Numbered from the stretch's first letter, positions 1 through 10,304 are shown. The stretch: 64,000 nt of DNA from Deinococcales bacterium (GCA_043778225.1 JAYWGM010000091.1:1-64000); one strand, 5' to 3'. Translations and numbers: made by a program. Notes: generated from the sequence alone by a model not told the origin.

Positions 1-99
1 AACAAACTCAAGTATTGGCTATGAACAAACTCAAGTATTGGCTATGAACAAACTCAAGTATTGGCTATGAACAAACTCAAGTATTGGCTATGAACAAAC
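1..99 (+). repeat. 23-bp tandem repeat AACAAACTCAAGTATTGGCTATG, 4 copies plus a partial (may extend off-window)
   Basis: Identical units at 1, 24, 47 and 70, partial at 93; the last unit supplies the ATG of the next CDS. Confidence 0.95.
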
Positions 100-377
100 C
101 TAGAAACAACCAGCAAAAAACAGAAATCTCGCTCGAGCAACAACTGGCTCGAGTTTTTGGGCTGGGACTGAGTGCGGCGATATTCTTTTTAGGGATTGGA
201 ATTTTTATTCCTGCGGTTTTGTGGTTGGGAATTGCAGCGCTGATGCTTGTGCCAATGGCAGGTGCAGTGTTGGTCTGGAGGGACTCGAGCATCGAGCGAA
301 GTACCCGTTTCAACATTGGACTGGCTTTTTTTGGCGTGATGATGGCGGTGCTGATTGGTTTATTTTTACGGCGTTGA
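90..377 (+). CDS. small membrane protein (~3 TM)
   Basis: Hydrophobic ORF; start taken at ATG 90. Confidence 0.6.
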   Translation: MNKPRNNQQKTEISLEQQLARVFGLGLSAAIFFLGIGIFIPAVLWLGIAALMLVPMAGAVLVWRDSSIERSTRFNIGLAFFGVMMAVLIGLFLRR

Positions 378-430
378 AATTGCCAAGCAAGACACTATAC
401 CAACGCGAAACATGGTGTCTCGAGTTGGTT

Positions 431-1174
431 CTAGCTTTGCCATTGCTGTCCAAAGGCTTGGGCGTAGATTGTAAAACTCTGCTCAAGTAAAACCACAATC
501 AGCCTAATAAATGGCAGATGGTCGCCAGAGGTGTGTGCCAAATCCAATACTTGGTAATACTCAAGTCGGCGCTCGATTGGTAAAACAACGGCTGGGAAAC
601 CATTTTTGAGTAACTCGAGGTTTAGTAATAGTCGTGCAGTACGCCCGTTGCCATCGGTAAATGGATGGATTTTTACAAAGTCTGAGTGAACCCGAGCCGC
701 CCTTTCGATCGGATGGAGCGTTTGTCCCGTACCATTGTACCATTCGAGAAAATGCTGCATTTGTTCGGCTACCAACAGCGCATCTGGTGGGAGGTGTTCT
801 GCTCCAGCAATTCGTACATTGATGCTGCGGTAGCGTCCAGCATTCTTGTCATCCACATTTTTGAGGATTAACTGATGTAGGTTCTTGATTTGCCATTCCG
901 TAAACGCTTCTTCTCGAGCCACAATGCTTTCGACCAACAAAATCGCATCACGGTGATTGATTGCCTCGAAATGTTCACGCAGACTCTTTCCACCCACCGT
1001 GATGCCCTCGAGAACCACCTTGGTTTCCTTGAGGGTTAAGGTGTTGCCTTCAATGGCGTTGGAATGATACGTCCAGCGCAATACCAAATCCTGACGTAAA
1101 TTCTCAACCAAAGCACTTGGCAATGGGCGCAAAGCGTCAAGTTTGGTTTTTAGGGCATCGAGGTGAGCGAACAT
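431..1174 (-). CDS. Fic family protein (class II, N-terminal inhibitory motif)
   Basis: HPFTDGNGRTAR Fic motif and SNAIEGN inhibitory helix; ATG just after the leuS stop. Confidence 0.9.
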   Translation of the reverse strand: MFAHLDALKTKLDALRPLPSALVENLRQDLVLRWTYHSNAIEGNTLTLKETKVVLEGITVGGKSLREHFEAINHRDAILLVESIVAREEAFTEWQIKNLHQLILKNVDDKNAGRYRSINVRIAGAEHLPPDALLVAEQMQHFLEWYNGTGQTLHPIERAARVHSDFVKIHPFTDGNGRTARLLLNLELLKNGFPAVVLPIERRLEYYQVLDLAHTSGDHLPFIRLIVVLLEQSFTIYAQAFGQQWQS

Positions 1175-1178
1175 CAAA

Positions 1179-3620
1179 TCAACCTTTGACCACGATATTG
1201 ACCAAGCGCCCAGTGATGTAAATTTCTTTGACCACTTCTTTACCATCTATATGAACTCGAATACCCTCGAGACTGCGGGCTAAGGCAATCGCTTCAGCAC
1301 TCGAGATGGTCGAAAGTGCTTGGGTTTTGCCACGCATTTTGCCATTGACTTGCACCACCAATTCAAAGCTGTCCTTGACTAATTTACTTGGGTCAAAAGC
1401 ACGCCATGGCTGGAGGTGAACACTGTCTGTATGACCGCTTTTATTCCAGATTTCCTCGGCAATGTGCGGCGCATAAGGCGCAAGCATGGTGTTAAAAGTC
1501 TCGAGCGCCCAAGACCATTCAGGTGTGCCGTACACGGGGCTGCGTTTGGCTTTGCCCAAGAAATTACTCAATTCCATCATTGCGGCAATACTGGTATTGA
1601 ACTTAAAAACTTCGGTGTCTTCAGTCACTTTTTTCAAGGCATAATGAATCGCGTACTCGAGGTCAGCGATAGTGGTTGTTTCGTCGCTTCGCTCTTGCGT
1701 ATCAAAAAATAAACTCCAGACCCGCCCGAGCCAATTGGCGAGCCCATTTACGCCTTTGGGTGCCCATGGTCCGCCTTGGTCCCACGGTCCAATAAACTGC
1801 AAATACAAGCGCACCGTATCTGTGCCATATTCGCTTACCAAGTCGTCGGGGTCTACAACGTTGCCTCGAGACTTGCTCATTTTTTCGTTGTCTTCGCCCA
1901 GAATAATGCCTTGGTTCATCAGGCGTGTAAATGGTTCATCCCAGTCTATCAAACCAAGGTCGCGCATTGCTTTGGTCCAAAACCGAGCGTACAGTAAGTG
2001 CAAAATTGCGTGTTCGATACCGCCCGTGTACCAATCGGCAGGAGCCCATTTTTTAACCAGTTCTTTGTTGATTGCACTTTCAGAATTGTTTGGATCGAGG
2101 AATCGATAATAGTACCAACTCGAGTCCACAAAGGTATCCATCGTATCGGTATCGCGCACGGCTGCCCCACCGCATTTTGGGCAGTGGCAATTTTTCCAAT
2201 CCTCAAGCAAGGTTAATGGGCTTTGACCAGTTGGCAAAAACTCAGGGTTTTCAGGCAGTAAAATCGGCAAGTCACTTTCTGGTACAGGAACTTGTCCGCA
2301 CTTATCGCAGTAAATAATTGGAATCGGCGTTCCCCAATAACGCTGGCGGCTAATCAACCAATCGCGCAATCTGAAGGTGGTTTTTGGCTTACCTTTGCCA
2401 CTTGCCTCGAGTTCTTGAAGCATACGGGCTTTGGCTTCCACAACATTGAAGCCATTCAAAAAATCGGAGTTGATGGCGAGACCATCGCCCATAAATGGTT
2501 TATTTTCGTCCCAACCTTCTGGAGTTGCCACGGTGCGAATAATCTCGAGGTCAAATTTTTTGGCAAAATCCCAATCCCTTGCATCCTGCGCTGGCACACC
2601 CATAATACTGCCAGTCCCATAAGTCACCAGCACATAATCGGAAATAAAAATCGGGATGTCTTTATTTGTAAACGGATTGGTGGCATACGACCCCAAAAAC
2701 ACACCCGTTTTTTCTTTGCCTTCGGCGGTTCGGTCAATGTCCGAGGAGAGTTTAGCCACTGCCTGATAAGCAGTGACTTCCTCGAGTTTTTCGGGCTTGG
2801 TCAGGGCGGCAACCATTGGATGTTCGGGCGCAAGTACCATAAAAGTTGCCCCAAAGACGGTATCGGCTCGAGTTGTAAAGACCGTTAAAGTTCCGGCTGG
2901 CGTGGCAAAATCGAGTTCTGCGCCAACACTTTTGCCAATCCAATTGGTTTGCATCACCCGAACTTTTTCGGACCACTCAAGACCATCAAAATTTAAGAGT
3001 TCTTCGGCATAATCGGTAATTCGTAAATGCCATTGGCTCATCAGGCGGCGTTCGACCAGTGCGCCCGACCGATCGCCCCGCCCGTCAATGACTTGTTCGT
3101 TTGCCAGCACGGTGTTGTCTATCGGGTCCCAATTGACAAACGATTCTTTTTTGTAGGCTAAGCCTTTTTTATAAAACTGGACAAAAAACCACTGATTCCA
3201 TTTGTAGTAACTCGGGTCGCAAGTGCGTAATTCAGTTTGCCAGTCAATCATTGTTCCCATGCGCTTAAATTGACTCGTCATGTACTCGATATTGCTGGCT
3301 GTCCATTTGGCGGGGTCAATGTTATTTTTAATCGCCGCATTCTCGGCGGGTAAGCCAAAGGCATCAAAACCCATCGGGAACAGCACTTCGTAACCCTGCA
3401 TTCGCATAAACCGCGCCCTTGTATCGGGAATCGAAAACGCATACCAATGTCCGATGTGCAAATTGCCGCTTGGGTATGGAAACATGGTTGGCATATAGTG
3501 TTTGGGTTTACTCGAGTATAAATCAGTTTTATAAAGTTGGCTGGTTTCCCAAGCCTCGCGCCAACGCGGTTCAACTTCGTGAGGGTTATACTTTTCTAAA
3601 CGCTGTTTTTCTTGGGTCAT
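1179..3620 (-). CDS. leuS: leucine--tRNA ligase
   Basis: [13 protein letters not shown] (HIGH) and KMSKS motifs; AAGGAG RBS. Confidence 0.98.
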   Translation of the reverse strand: MTQEKQRLEKYNPHEVEPRWREAWETSQLYKTDLYSSKPKHYMPTMFPYPSGNLHIGHWYAFSIPDTRARFMRMQGYEVLFPMGFDAFGLPAENAAIKNNIDPAKWTASNIEYMTSQFKRMGTMIDWQTELRTCDPSYYKWNQWFFVQFYKKGLAYKKESFVNWDPIDNTVLANEQVIDGRGDRSGALVERRLMSQWHLRITDYAEELLNFDGLEWSEKVRVMQTNWIGKSVGAELDFATPAGTLTVFTTRADTVFGATFMVLAPEHPMVAALTKPEKLEEVTAYQAVAKLSSDIDRTAEGKEKTGVFLGSYATNPFTNKDIPIFISDYVLVTYGTGSIMGVPAQDARDWDFAKKFDLEIIRTVATPEGWDENKPFMGDGLAINSDFLNGFNVVEAKARMLQELEASGKGKPKTTFRLRDWLISRQRYWGTPIPIIYCDKCGQVPVPESDLPILLPENPEFLPTGQSPLTLLEDWKNCHCPKCGGAAVRDTDTMDTFVDSSWYYYRFLDPNNSESAINKELVKKWAPADWYTGGIEHAILHLLYARFWTKAMRDLGLIDWDEPFTRLMNQGIILGEDNEKMSKSRGNVVDPDDLVSEYGTDTVRLYLQFIGPWDQGGPWAPKGVNGLANWLGRVWSLFFDTQERSDETTTIADLEYAIHYALKKVTEDTEVFKFNTSIAAMMELSNFLGKAKRSPVYGTPEWSWALETFNTMLAPYAPHIAEEIWNKSGHTDSVHLQPWRAFDPSKLVKDSFELVVQVNGKMRGKTQALSTISSAEAIALARSLEGIRVHIDGKEVVKEIYITGRLVNIVVKG

Positions 3621-3651
3621 ACACTTCTCCTTAAAGATAACTTGAGGTCAT

Positions 3652-3678
3652 AAAAAAACCCCAGACACAAGACTGGGG
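3652..3678 (-). terminator. leuS attenuator terminator
   Basis: Minus strand CCCCAG-loop-CTGGGG followed by T7, in the 5' leader of leuS. Confidence 0.8.
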
Positions 3679-3697
3679 CGCGTACTCGAGAAAAAAC

Positions 3698-3742
3698 CTA
3701 ATCGAGTAAAGCCCCTGCCAAAAGTAGTCCAGAGCGAATCAT
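3698..3742 (-). CDS. Leu-rich leader peptide MIRSGLLLAGALLD
   Basis: 14-aa ORF with 5 Leu codons; TATATT 6 nt before the ATG; overlaps the antiterminator arm. Confidence 0.8.
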   Translation of the reverse strand: MIRSGLLLAGALLD

Positions 3743-3774
3743 CTGCCTAATATAGCTCGAGACCTACCGATTGG

Positions 3775-4035
3775 TCAATTGGGTATTTGGAAATCAGATG
3801 ACAGCCGCATCAGCAGCGCCGCCACTTGCGTTTCAGAAAATTCGCCTTTGAGCAGTTCTTTACCACTCGAATCTACTAAAACTGGAATTTCAAAGGCATA
3901 CAGCGCCATGCCTTCTGGGTTCTCGAGAATGTTAATTTCGTTGTACTCGAGTTTGGCGCTATCCAGCAGTGCTTTGGCTTTATCGCACAGCCCACAACCT
4001 GGTTTGGAGTAAAGAATTAACCTAACATTTGGCAT
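3775..4035 (-). CDS. glutaredoxin-like protein (DUF836/NrdH-like)
   Basis: YSKPGCGLCD CxxC motif, EIPVL. Confidence 0.85.
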   Translation of the reverse strand: MPNVRLILYSKPGCGLCDKAKALLDSAKLEYNEINILENPEGMALYAFEIPVLVDSSGKELLKGEFSETQVAALLMRLSSDFQIPN

Positions 4036-4076
4036 TGAGTTCCTTGAATCATTGTACATTGAACTGTGATTGTGTC

Positions 4077-4100
4077 GTAGGGGTGGGGCTTGCCTCACCT
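4077..4100 (+). repeat. GTAG-type REP-like palindrome
   Basis: GTAG followed by the GGGTGGGGC-TT-GCCTCACCT hairpin, intergenic. Confidence 0.45.
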
Positions 4101-4101
4101 T

Positions 4102-5649
4102 TCAGGCATGAGCCGCTTGGCTCGAGGCTGGGTTGTTGTGTACGCCTGCCATCAGTAAGCCAAGTTTTTCTTCGGTGGCTTCTTTTTGTGGCATCTCACC
4201 AACAATTTCGCCTTCGTACATCACCAAAATACGGTCAGATAAACTCATCACCTCGCCAAGGTCAGCACTGACCAGCAAGACCCCTAAGCCTTTATCTCGA
4301 GCCGCCACAATGCTGGTGTGAATAAACTCGATTGCCCCAATATCCACGCCTCGGGTGGGTTGAGAAGCAATCAGAATTTTCGGGTCTCGAGACATCTCTC
4401 GAGCCACAATGATTTTCTGGGCATTACCACCACTATAACTTTTGGCTGGATTTTCGATTGAACGTGGGCGAACATCAAATTCTTCGATGAGGGCTTTGGC
4501 ATTCTTTTCGATCGCATCAAATTTTAGTAAACCCAACGCCCCACAAAATTCATCGGTAAAATGATCGCCCAAAATTAAATTTTCTTGGGTACTGTATTCC
4601 ACTACAAGCCCGCGTTCGTTGCGGTCTTCGGGAATGTGCGACACACCCGCCATGCGAACGGCTCGAGCATCGCTATGAACCGCTTTGCCGCTGTAAACGA
4701 TTTGCCCAGAGTAATGCCCTAAACCCGTAATCGCTTCAACCAATTGCGATTGACCATTGCCTTCCACGCCAGCAATGCCAACAATTTCTCCGGCATGAAC
4801 CGTAAAAGTCACATTATTCACTTTTGGAATTTCGCCTTTTGCACCAACTGTCACGCCTTTTAACTCAAGCGCTGCACCGTCTGGGGTGGCATCGGCTTTT
4901 TTGACTTGCAGCACCACTTCACGCCCAACCATCATGTTGGCAATCTGTGGCGGGGTGATGCCGGGGGTTGGCACTGTGCCGATCATTTTGCCGTTTCGCA
5001 TCACCGAAATTCGGTCTGAAACTTCGATCACTTCACGCAATTTGTGCGAGATAAAAATAACTGCATTCCCGTCAAGCGCGTACTGCTGCAAGAACTTAAA
5101 TAATTCTTCGGTCTCGAGTGGTGTCAGCACCGCTGTTGGTTCATCCAGCACCAAGATATTACTTTCACGATAGAGCATTTTTAGGATTTCAACTTTTTGT
5201 TGCAAACCGACTGGCAGATTTTCGATTAAATCATCGGGTTTAAGTTCAAAATTAAATTGTTTAATCAGTTTATCGACTTTTTTACGAGCCGTTGCGAAAT
5301 CCAGACTGAATTTAGACCCCGGCTCGAGTCCCAAAATAATGTTTTCGGTCACGGAAAGCGGCTCGACCAGCATAAAATGCTGATGTACCATACCGATACC
5401 CGCGTTAATTGCATCGTTGGGGCTGCGTAAAGTTAAAGATTTACCATCAATTACAATTTCGCCACTGTCTGGTGATTGCATTCCATACAAAATTTTCATC
5501 AGGGTGCTTTTGCCCGCACCGTTCTCGCCCACCAAGGCTTTGACTTCGCCCCAACGCACATCAAACGAAACATTGTCGTTGGCTAAGACAAGCGGGAATT
5601 GTTTACGGATGCTACGCATATCCACAGCGAACTCGGCATGGTGATTCAT
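4102..5649 (-). CDS. nucleoside/sugar ABC transporter ATP-binding protein (two ABC domains)
   Basis: [33 protein letters not shown]. Confidence 0.92.
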   Translation of the reverse strand: MNHHAEFAVDMRSIRKQFPLVLANDNVSFDVRWGEVKALVGENGAGKSTLMKILYGMQSPDSGEIVIDGKSLTLRSPNDAINAGIGMVHQHFMLVEPLSVTENIILGLEPGSKFSLDFATARKKVDKLIKQFNFELKPDDLIENLPVGLQQKVEILKMLYRESNILVLDEPTAVLTPLETEELFKFLQQYALDGNAVIFISHKLREVIEVSDRISVMRNGKMIGTVPTPGITPPQIANMMVGREVVLQVKKADATPDGAALELKGVTVGAKGEIPKVNNVTFTVHAGEIVGIAGVEGNGQSQLVEAITGLGHYSGQIVYSGKAVHSDARAVRMAGVSHIPEDRNERGLVVEYSTQENLILGDHFTDEFCGALGLLKFDAIEKNAKALIEEFDVRPRSIENPAKSYSGGNAQKIIVAREMSRDPKILIASQPTRGVDIGAIEFIHTSIVAARDKGLGVLLVSADLGEVMSLSDRILVMYEGEIVGEMPQKEATEEKLGLLMAGVHNNPASSQAAHA

Positions 5650-5682
5650 GGCTGTATTCTCGCACTCGAGCCACTTAAACGC

Positions 5683-5717
5683 AAACAAAAAGAACGAGGG
5701 CTTTTGCCCTCGTTCTT
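5683..5717 (-). terminator. intrinsic terminator of rplM-rpsI
   Basis: 12-bp perfect stem with a T-rich tract on the minus strand. Confidence 0.85.
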
Positions 5718-5730
5718 GAGATTGGAAAAT

Positions 5731-6123
5731 TTAACGCTTACTAAATTGTGGGGCGCGGCGGGCTTTTTTCAAACCAGCTTTTTTACTTTCGACTTCACGG
5801 GAATCGCGGGTCAGTAAACCAGCCGGTTTAAGTTTAGCGCGGTTGTCGCCATCTAAACGCACCAAGGCTCGAGCTAAGCCAAGTTTGATGGCATCTATTT
5901 GACCGCTTGGACCGCCGCCTTCAACTGTAATTCGGGCATCGAAACGACCGACTGTGCCTGTTGCCCGCAAAGGCTCGAGGGCTTGCAAGGCACGCAAAAT
6001 ACCACGGAAATACTCTTGGAAATCCTTGCCATTGACGGTAATCCGACCTTCGCCGCCCTTCAAGAAAACGCGGGCGATGCTTGCCTTACGGCGACCTGTT
6101 CCGTAGAACATCTCGACTGCCAT
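5731..6123 (-). CDS. rpsI: 30S ribosomal protein S9
   Basis: YGTGRRK...KKARRAPQFSKR. Confidence 0.98.
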   Translation of the reverse strand: MAVEMFYGTGRRKASIARVFLKGGEGRITVNGKDFQEYFRGILRALQALEPLRATGTVGRFDARITVEGGGPSGQIDAIKLGLARALVRLDGDNRAKLKPAGLLTRDSREVESKKAGLKKARRAPQFSKR

Positions 6124-6572
6124 TATTTCACCTCATTTTTGCCATATGGCAGTGTCAGTTTGACAGGTTGTTGGGCTTCGTGCGGATGGGTTTCGCCTTT
6201 GTAGACTTTTAAGTGGTTATGCAGTGTCCGCCCCAAACGACCTTTTGGCAACATCCCAAAAACGGCGTGTTCAATCACCCGTTCTGGGTGCTTATCAATG
6301 GCAATGTTGGCTGGCTCGAGTTTCAAACCACTTGGGAAGCCACTGTAGCGGGTGTAAATTTTACCGCTCATTTTGTTGCCGGTTAAGACCACTTTTTCGG
6401 CATTGACGACAATCACATAATCGCCATTGCCCATGTGTGGCGTAAAATCGGGTTTGTGTTTGCCACGAATCAGGGTCGCAATTTGCGTCGCCAAACGACC
6501 AAGGGTCATCCCTTCGGCATCGACAACAACCCAGCGTGGATCGGTTTTGGTTGGGAGGTACGTTTTGAACAT
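6123..6572 (-). CDS. rplM: 50S ribosomal protein L13
   Basis: WVVVDA..LGRLA..GKHKP.FTPH..GMLPK. Confidence 0.98.
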   Translation of the reverse strand: MFKTYLPTKTDPRWVVVDAEGMTLGRLATQIATLIRGKHKPDFTPHMGNGDYVIVVNAEKVVLTGNKMSGKIYTRYSGFPSGLKLEPANIAIDKHPERVIEHAVFGMLPKGRLGRTLHNHLKVYKGETHPHEAQQPVKLTLPYGKNEVK

Positions 6573-6849
6573 AACAAATTCTCCAAAAAGTACACAGCTT
6601 TGCGCCGTGCATTTTCCGCTTGTAACTCGAGATGCCTGCTCGGGGGAACTTTGTCTCGAGGGTTGTCCGGGCGGTGTGACCGGCGGTTTGTACCTCTACC
6701 AAAGATCAAACCGAATTGGGAGTTTAGCACAGGGGCGCAAAAGCGAAAAGGACAGTTTATTAGACTCGAGGATAAATAGAAGGTAAAAAGGGTAAAGGGT
6801 AAAAAGGTTAAAAGTAAAAATCTTGTGTTTCTGACAAATCAAATCAATC

Positions 6850-6873
6850 GTAGGGGCGACCCTTGTGGTCGCC
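6850..6873 (+). repeat. GTAG-type REP palindrome
   Basis: GTAGGGGCGACC-CTTGT-GGTCGCC: GTAG tetranucleotide plus GC-rich hairpin. Confidence 0.6.
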
Positions 6874-6928
6874 ATGCCACAAAATCGTTATTTCTATTGA
6901 CCCAAGTTCAGCACGGTATTCTGCTCAG

Positions 6929-7405
6929 ATGAATTACCGAATTGGTTATGGCGAAGATGCACACAGGCTCGAGGCTGGCAGAAAACTGATTTTGGCAGGT
7001 CTCGAGATTTCAGATTCGCCACATGGTGCAATTGCCCATTCGGATGGCGATGCAATTCTGCACGCGGTGTCGGATGCGCTGCTTTCGAGCCTTGCTTTGG
7101 GTGATATTGGCAAGCTCTACCCAGACACCGACCCCAAATGGCAGGGGGTTGACTCGAGCATTATTTTGAAAGATTGTCTTGAGCGCACCAAAAGCGGAAA
7201 TCTCGAGCTAGTCAATTTGGCGGTGGTCGTGACCCTAGACCGCCCTAAGCTCGGGGTATGGCGCGACATCATGCGCGACCATCTGGCGGCATTGCTGGGG
7301 ACTGACCCTGAAAATGTTGGTATTACTTTCAAAACTTCCGAAGGACTTGCACCAATGCACGTGCAGACTCGAGTTACGGTACTTTTAGAGCAGAGAAAAG
7401 GTTAA
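6929..7405 (+). CDS. ispF: 2-C-methyl-D-erythritol 2,4-cyclodiphosphate synthase
   Basis: RIGYGEDAH, HSDGDAILHA, GDIG; TATTCT-N6-ATG leaderless start. Confidence 0.95.
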   Translation: MNYRIGYGEDAHRLEAGRKLILAGLEISDSPHGAIAHSDGDAILHAVSDALLSSLALGDIGKLYPDTDPKWQGVDSSIILKDCLERTKSGNLELVNLAVVVTLDRPKLGVWRDIMRDHLAALLGTDPENVGITFKTSEGLAPMHVQTRVTVLLEQRKG

Positions 7406-7445
7406 AGAGAAAAGTTGGCTTTTTTCTCCTTCCTCTTTTCTCCTG

Positions 7446-8240
7446 TTACCTAAACGTCTCGAGGTGCTTTTGCAAAAAAATCAAACTGGCTCGAGCCAAA
7501 GCAATACGGTGAGAAGAGAAACCGTGGTCGGTGGGAAAGTTGACCACTTTTGGTTTGCGTGGCAAGACCGCCAATAAAGGCTCTTGGGCATAGGTAATGG
7601 TACAAGAAGCAATCGCATCGTGTTCTGCACCAAACAATAAAAGTGGCATTTCGAGTTCTGGGGCTAGGTTCTCGAGATTCCATACAGCAGAAAACTCGAG
7701 CAGTTCGTCGGTCAGTGCTTCGGCATCGGCGTTTAAGGGGGCAATGGTTTTGTTGCACCAATCTATCCAACTGGCTCGAGCTTCTGGCGTAGCCAAAGTT
7801 TGGACATACTTGCCAAAATTGGCTGGCGCAATCGCAACGGTCGGCAGGTGCGTTTTGGCAGCCGTAGCAAGCGCAATCCAGCCACCCATACTGTGACCGA
7901 CTAAGGCAATTCGACTCGAGTCAACATCTTGGTGGTCTCTGAGCCACTGTAACGCAGTTTGGGCATCTTTGAGCGCATTCTGGAAAGTAAACCGCCCAGC
8001 ACTGCCCCACGCACCTCGGTAATGAATCACCAGCGCGTGAAAACCCGCCCGACGGTAGACATGAGCCAAGTCAAAATTTCGCTCCCAGCCGGGGAAACCA
8101 TGCAGCAATAAAACTGCTGGACGAGGATGTACGCCGCCAGCATGGTGCAAAAGTGCATTCATCTGGTCAATTCGGAGGCTTTGATTACTTGGTGGATGCA
8201 ATAAATCCACATGAGGGTCTTCGGTAACAGGGTCGAACAT
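7446..8240 (-). CDS. alpha/beta hydrolase
   Basis: LLLHGFPG, GHSMGG nucleophile elbow, C-terminal DHGF. Confidence 0.9.
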   Translation of the reverse strand: MFDPVTEDPHVDLLHPPSNQSLRIDQMNALLHHAGGVHPRPAVLLLHGFPGWERNFDLAHVYRRAGFHALVIHYRGAWGSAGRFTFQNALKDAQTALQWLRDHQDVDSSRIALVGHSMGGWIALATAAKTHLPTVAIAPANFGKYVQTLATPEARASWIDWCNKTIAPLNADAEALTDELLEFSAVWNLENLAPELEMPLLLFGAEHDAIASCTITYAQEPLLAVLPRKPKVVNFPTDHGFSSHRIALARASLIFLQKHLETFR

Positions 8241-8300
8241 TAGCTATTATAAAGCCAACTCGAGCCTAAAAAAAAAGCGTATGATGGCTTACTAAGTTTT

Positions 8301-8361
8301 AATCCCGACTAATTCGCTCGAGTTTCTTGTGCTTGACGTGGTAGAGTCTATCTGATACAAC
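8301..8361 (+). promoter_or_regulatory. ferredoxin promoter with upstream imperfect palindrome (Rrf2/IscR-like)
   Basis: AATCCCGACTAATTCGCTCGAGTTT at 8301-8325, then TTGACG-N17-TACAAC. Confidence 0.45.
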
Positions 8362-8414
8362 TTGTTCATTCGAGCGCTTTATTTCGCTCTTCATTCCCCA
8401 AGGAGGAATCAAAA

Positions 8415-8651
8415 ATGGCTCATATCATCGCTCAACCCTGCATCGGAACAAAAGACAGTGCCTGTGTCGAAGTTTGCCCAGTCGAATGTATTTACGAAGG
8501 CGACGACCAATTTTACATCCACCCAGACGAGTGCATTGACTGTGGCGCTTGCGTCCCAGCTTGTCCAGTCAGTGCCATTTTCCCAGAAGAAGACGTGCCA
8601 AGCGATCAAACTGCCTTTATTGCCAAGAACCGCACTCACTTTGGTCTGTAA
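8415..8651 (+). CDS. 7Fe ferredoxin ([3Fe-4S][4Fe-4S])
   Basis: CIGTKDSACVEVCPVEC and CIDCGACVPACP motifs; AGGAGG RBS. Confidence 0.95.
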   Translation: MAHIIAQPCIGTKDSACVEVCPVECIYEGDDQFYIHPDECIDCGACVPACPVSAIFPEEDVPSDQTAFIAKNRTHFGL

Positions 8652-8664
8652 ATTCTTGTTCTCG

Positions 8665-8696
8665 AGCGCTCTGCATTTTTTGTAGGGCGTTTTTTT
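8665..8696 (+). terminator. intrinsic terminator
   Basis: Hairpin plus T tract after the ferredoxin gene. Confidence 0.7.
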
Positions 8697-8847
8697 ATGG
8701 CGCTATAAACACGCAAGAATTAGCATACACTGCCCTGACAATTTTGTCTGTGTTGTTTAGCTCAGACAATCCATGGTGCAAGTGGTTAAAATCATCTGAC
8801 CGAAGCCATCAATTATTCATTTTACCGCTTCGGCATCAGGAGGCGCT

Positions 8848-9390
8848 ATGAACGTCTACAAACTGGTTGGTCGCAACCTCGAAGTCACCGAAGCCATCCG
8901 CCAACACGTGCAGCAACGCTTATCAAAACTCGAGCGATTCTCGCCAGATATATTGGATGCCAAAGTGGTTCTCAGTGTCAAAAACGATGGTCGTGTCAAT
9001 GCACCGCACCGCGTCGAGATGCAGTTAAATGTGCCACATGGGGTCATCCGAGCCGAGGAAGCTGGTACGGATATGTATGCAGTCATTGATGTGGCGGTTC
9101 ATGTTCTCGAGCGCCAACTGAAAAAATTTCGCACCAAACTGATTACTCGAGAACAGCGCGGCGAACTGATTCCCGAGAGCAGCCAAATAGCCGATGAAGA
9201 CGATTTTCAACCCGAGATTGTTCGCAATAAACGCTTTGAAGTTCGTCCGATGTCGCCCGAGGATGCTGCCGCCCAAATGGAAGCGCTTGGACATGATTTT
9301 TATATGTTTGAAAACTCGAGAACCACCCGAGTTAATGTAATTTATAAACGCAAAGATGGCAATTATGGCTTGCTCGAGCCTCATGTCTAG
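8848..9390 (+). CDS. hpf: long ribosome hibernation promoting factor
   Basis: GRNLEVTEAI, DMYAVID..LERQL, C-terminal MSPEDAAAQMEALGHDFY..YKRKDGNYGL. Confidence 0.95.
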   Translation: MNVYKLVGRNLEVTEAIRQHVQQRLSKLERFSPDILDAKVVLSVKNDGRVNAPHRVEMQLNVPHGVIRAEEAGTDMYAVIDVAVHVLERQLKKFRTKLITREQRGELIPESSQIADEDDFQPEIVRNKRFEVRPMSPEDAAAQMEALGHDFYMFENSRTTRVNVIYKRKDGNYGLLEPHV

Positions 9391-9402
9391 GGCTATGCCA
9401 GT

Positions 9403-10251
9403 ATGACCCCAGCCGAACGCATCCCAATAGGTGGCTCAAGTGGCTTGGAGCGTCGTAGCCACGCCCTGCGAGCCTACCTTGGGGCATTACACAGCAGCCT
9501 CGAGACGGCGTTAGCTCTCGATTTAGCGGCAGTGCGCTTATTGGTTTTATCCGAAGCCGATTGGCGCACTGCCAGCCCTTACCCGTATGGCTTTACTTTT
9601 TTTCGGCGCTTAAAAGATGGCGCTGGGGTTATCTTTGCGCCAGCCGATTACCCGACCAATTTGCTCTGGGTTTTTCGGGCGCTGCTGGCAAAAGCCGAAC
9701 AAAAACCCAAATCAAGCCTCGAGATGTTTTTAGATTTGACCCTTGGACACGAACTTGGTCATGCCATTGCTGACCAGATTGGTTTACGCACCCATGTGCG
9801 CTGGCTGGATGAGTTTCTTGCCACTTATTTATATTTGGCTGCCCTGAGGCAAACCATGCCCGAAGCCCTCGAGACCGCCCTCGAGTGGGGCAGAATTTTA
9901 AGCGGCACAAATCTCGAGTGCGCCTTAGCCGATATGGCGCTCTTAAAACCCAGTGGCTCGAGAAGCCGAATTCAAAAACGCCGCCAGACTCGAGCTTTGG
10001 ACACCACCGTGCCGCGCCACGACTTGGGGGCATTTGAATACCCTCTGGTGCGTTTGCCATTAGCCAACCAAGCCTGGTATCAAGCCCGATTTACCTTATT
10101 TGCTGCCGAACTGCTCGAGCGTCATGGGTTTGGGTTTATTCGGTCGTTGCTCGAGGTTTTGCCCAATGTTAAAGGGCGCGGCGCGGTTTCTAAGGCATTG
10201 GTGCGTCTCGAGCCAAGTTTTAAGTCGTGGTTTGCTTCGTTTGGCGCATAA
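9403..10251 (+). CDS. hypothetical protein with HExxH zincin-like motif
   Basis: GHELGH followed by WLDEF. Confidence 0.6.
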   Translation: MTPAERIPIGGSSGLERRSHALRAYLGALHSSLETALALDLAAVRLLVLSEADWRTASPYPYGFTFFRRLKDGAGVIFAPADYPTNLLWVFRALLAKAEQKPKSSLEMFLDLTLGHELGHAIADQIGLRTHVRWLDEFLATYLYLAALRQTMPEALETALEWGRILSGTNLECALADMALLKPSGSRSRIQKRRQTRALDTTVPRHDLGAFEYPLVRLPLANQAWYQARFTLFAAELLERHGFGFIRSLLEVLPNVKGRGAVSKALVRLEPSFKSWFASFGA

Positions 10252-10301
10252 CGGGTTTGCTTCGTTTGGCGCATAACGGGTTTGCTTGGTTTGGCGCGTA
10301 G
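10229..10301 (+). repeat. 25-bp tandem repeat of a gene 3' end (2 identical copies, 1 diverged)
   Basis: GGTTTGCTTCGTTTGGCGCATAACG x2, then GGTTTGCTTGGTTTGGCGCGTAG. Confidence 0.9.
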
Positions 10302-10304
10302 AGA

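Noticed and set aside
1..99. CRISPR array (also 10229-10301 and 38909-38962)
   Set aside because: The repeats are head-to-tail with no spacers, and there are no cas genes.
3621..3760. T-box riboswitch before leuS or pheS
   Set aside because: The leaders are too short and lack the T-box GGTGGNACC motif; leader peptides explain the terminators.
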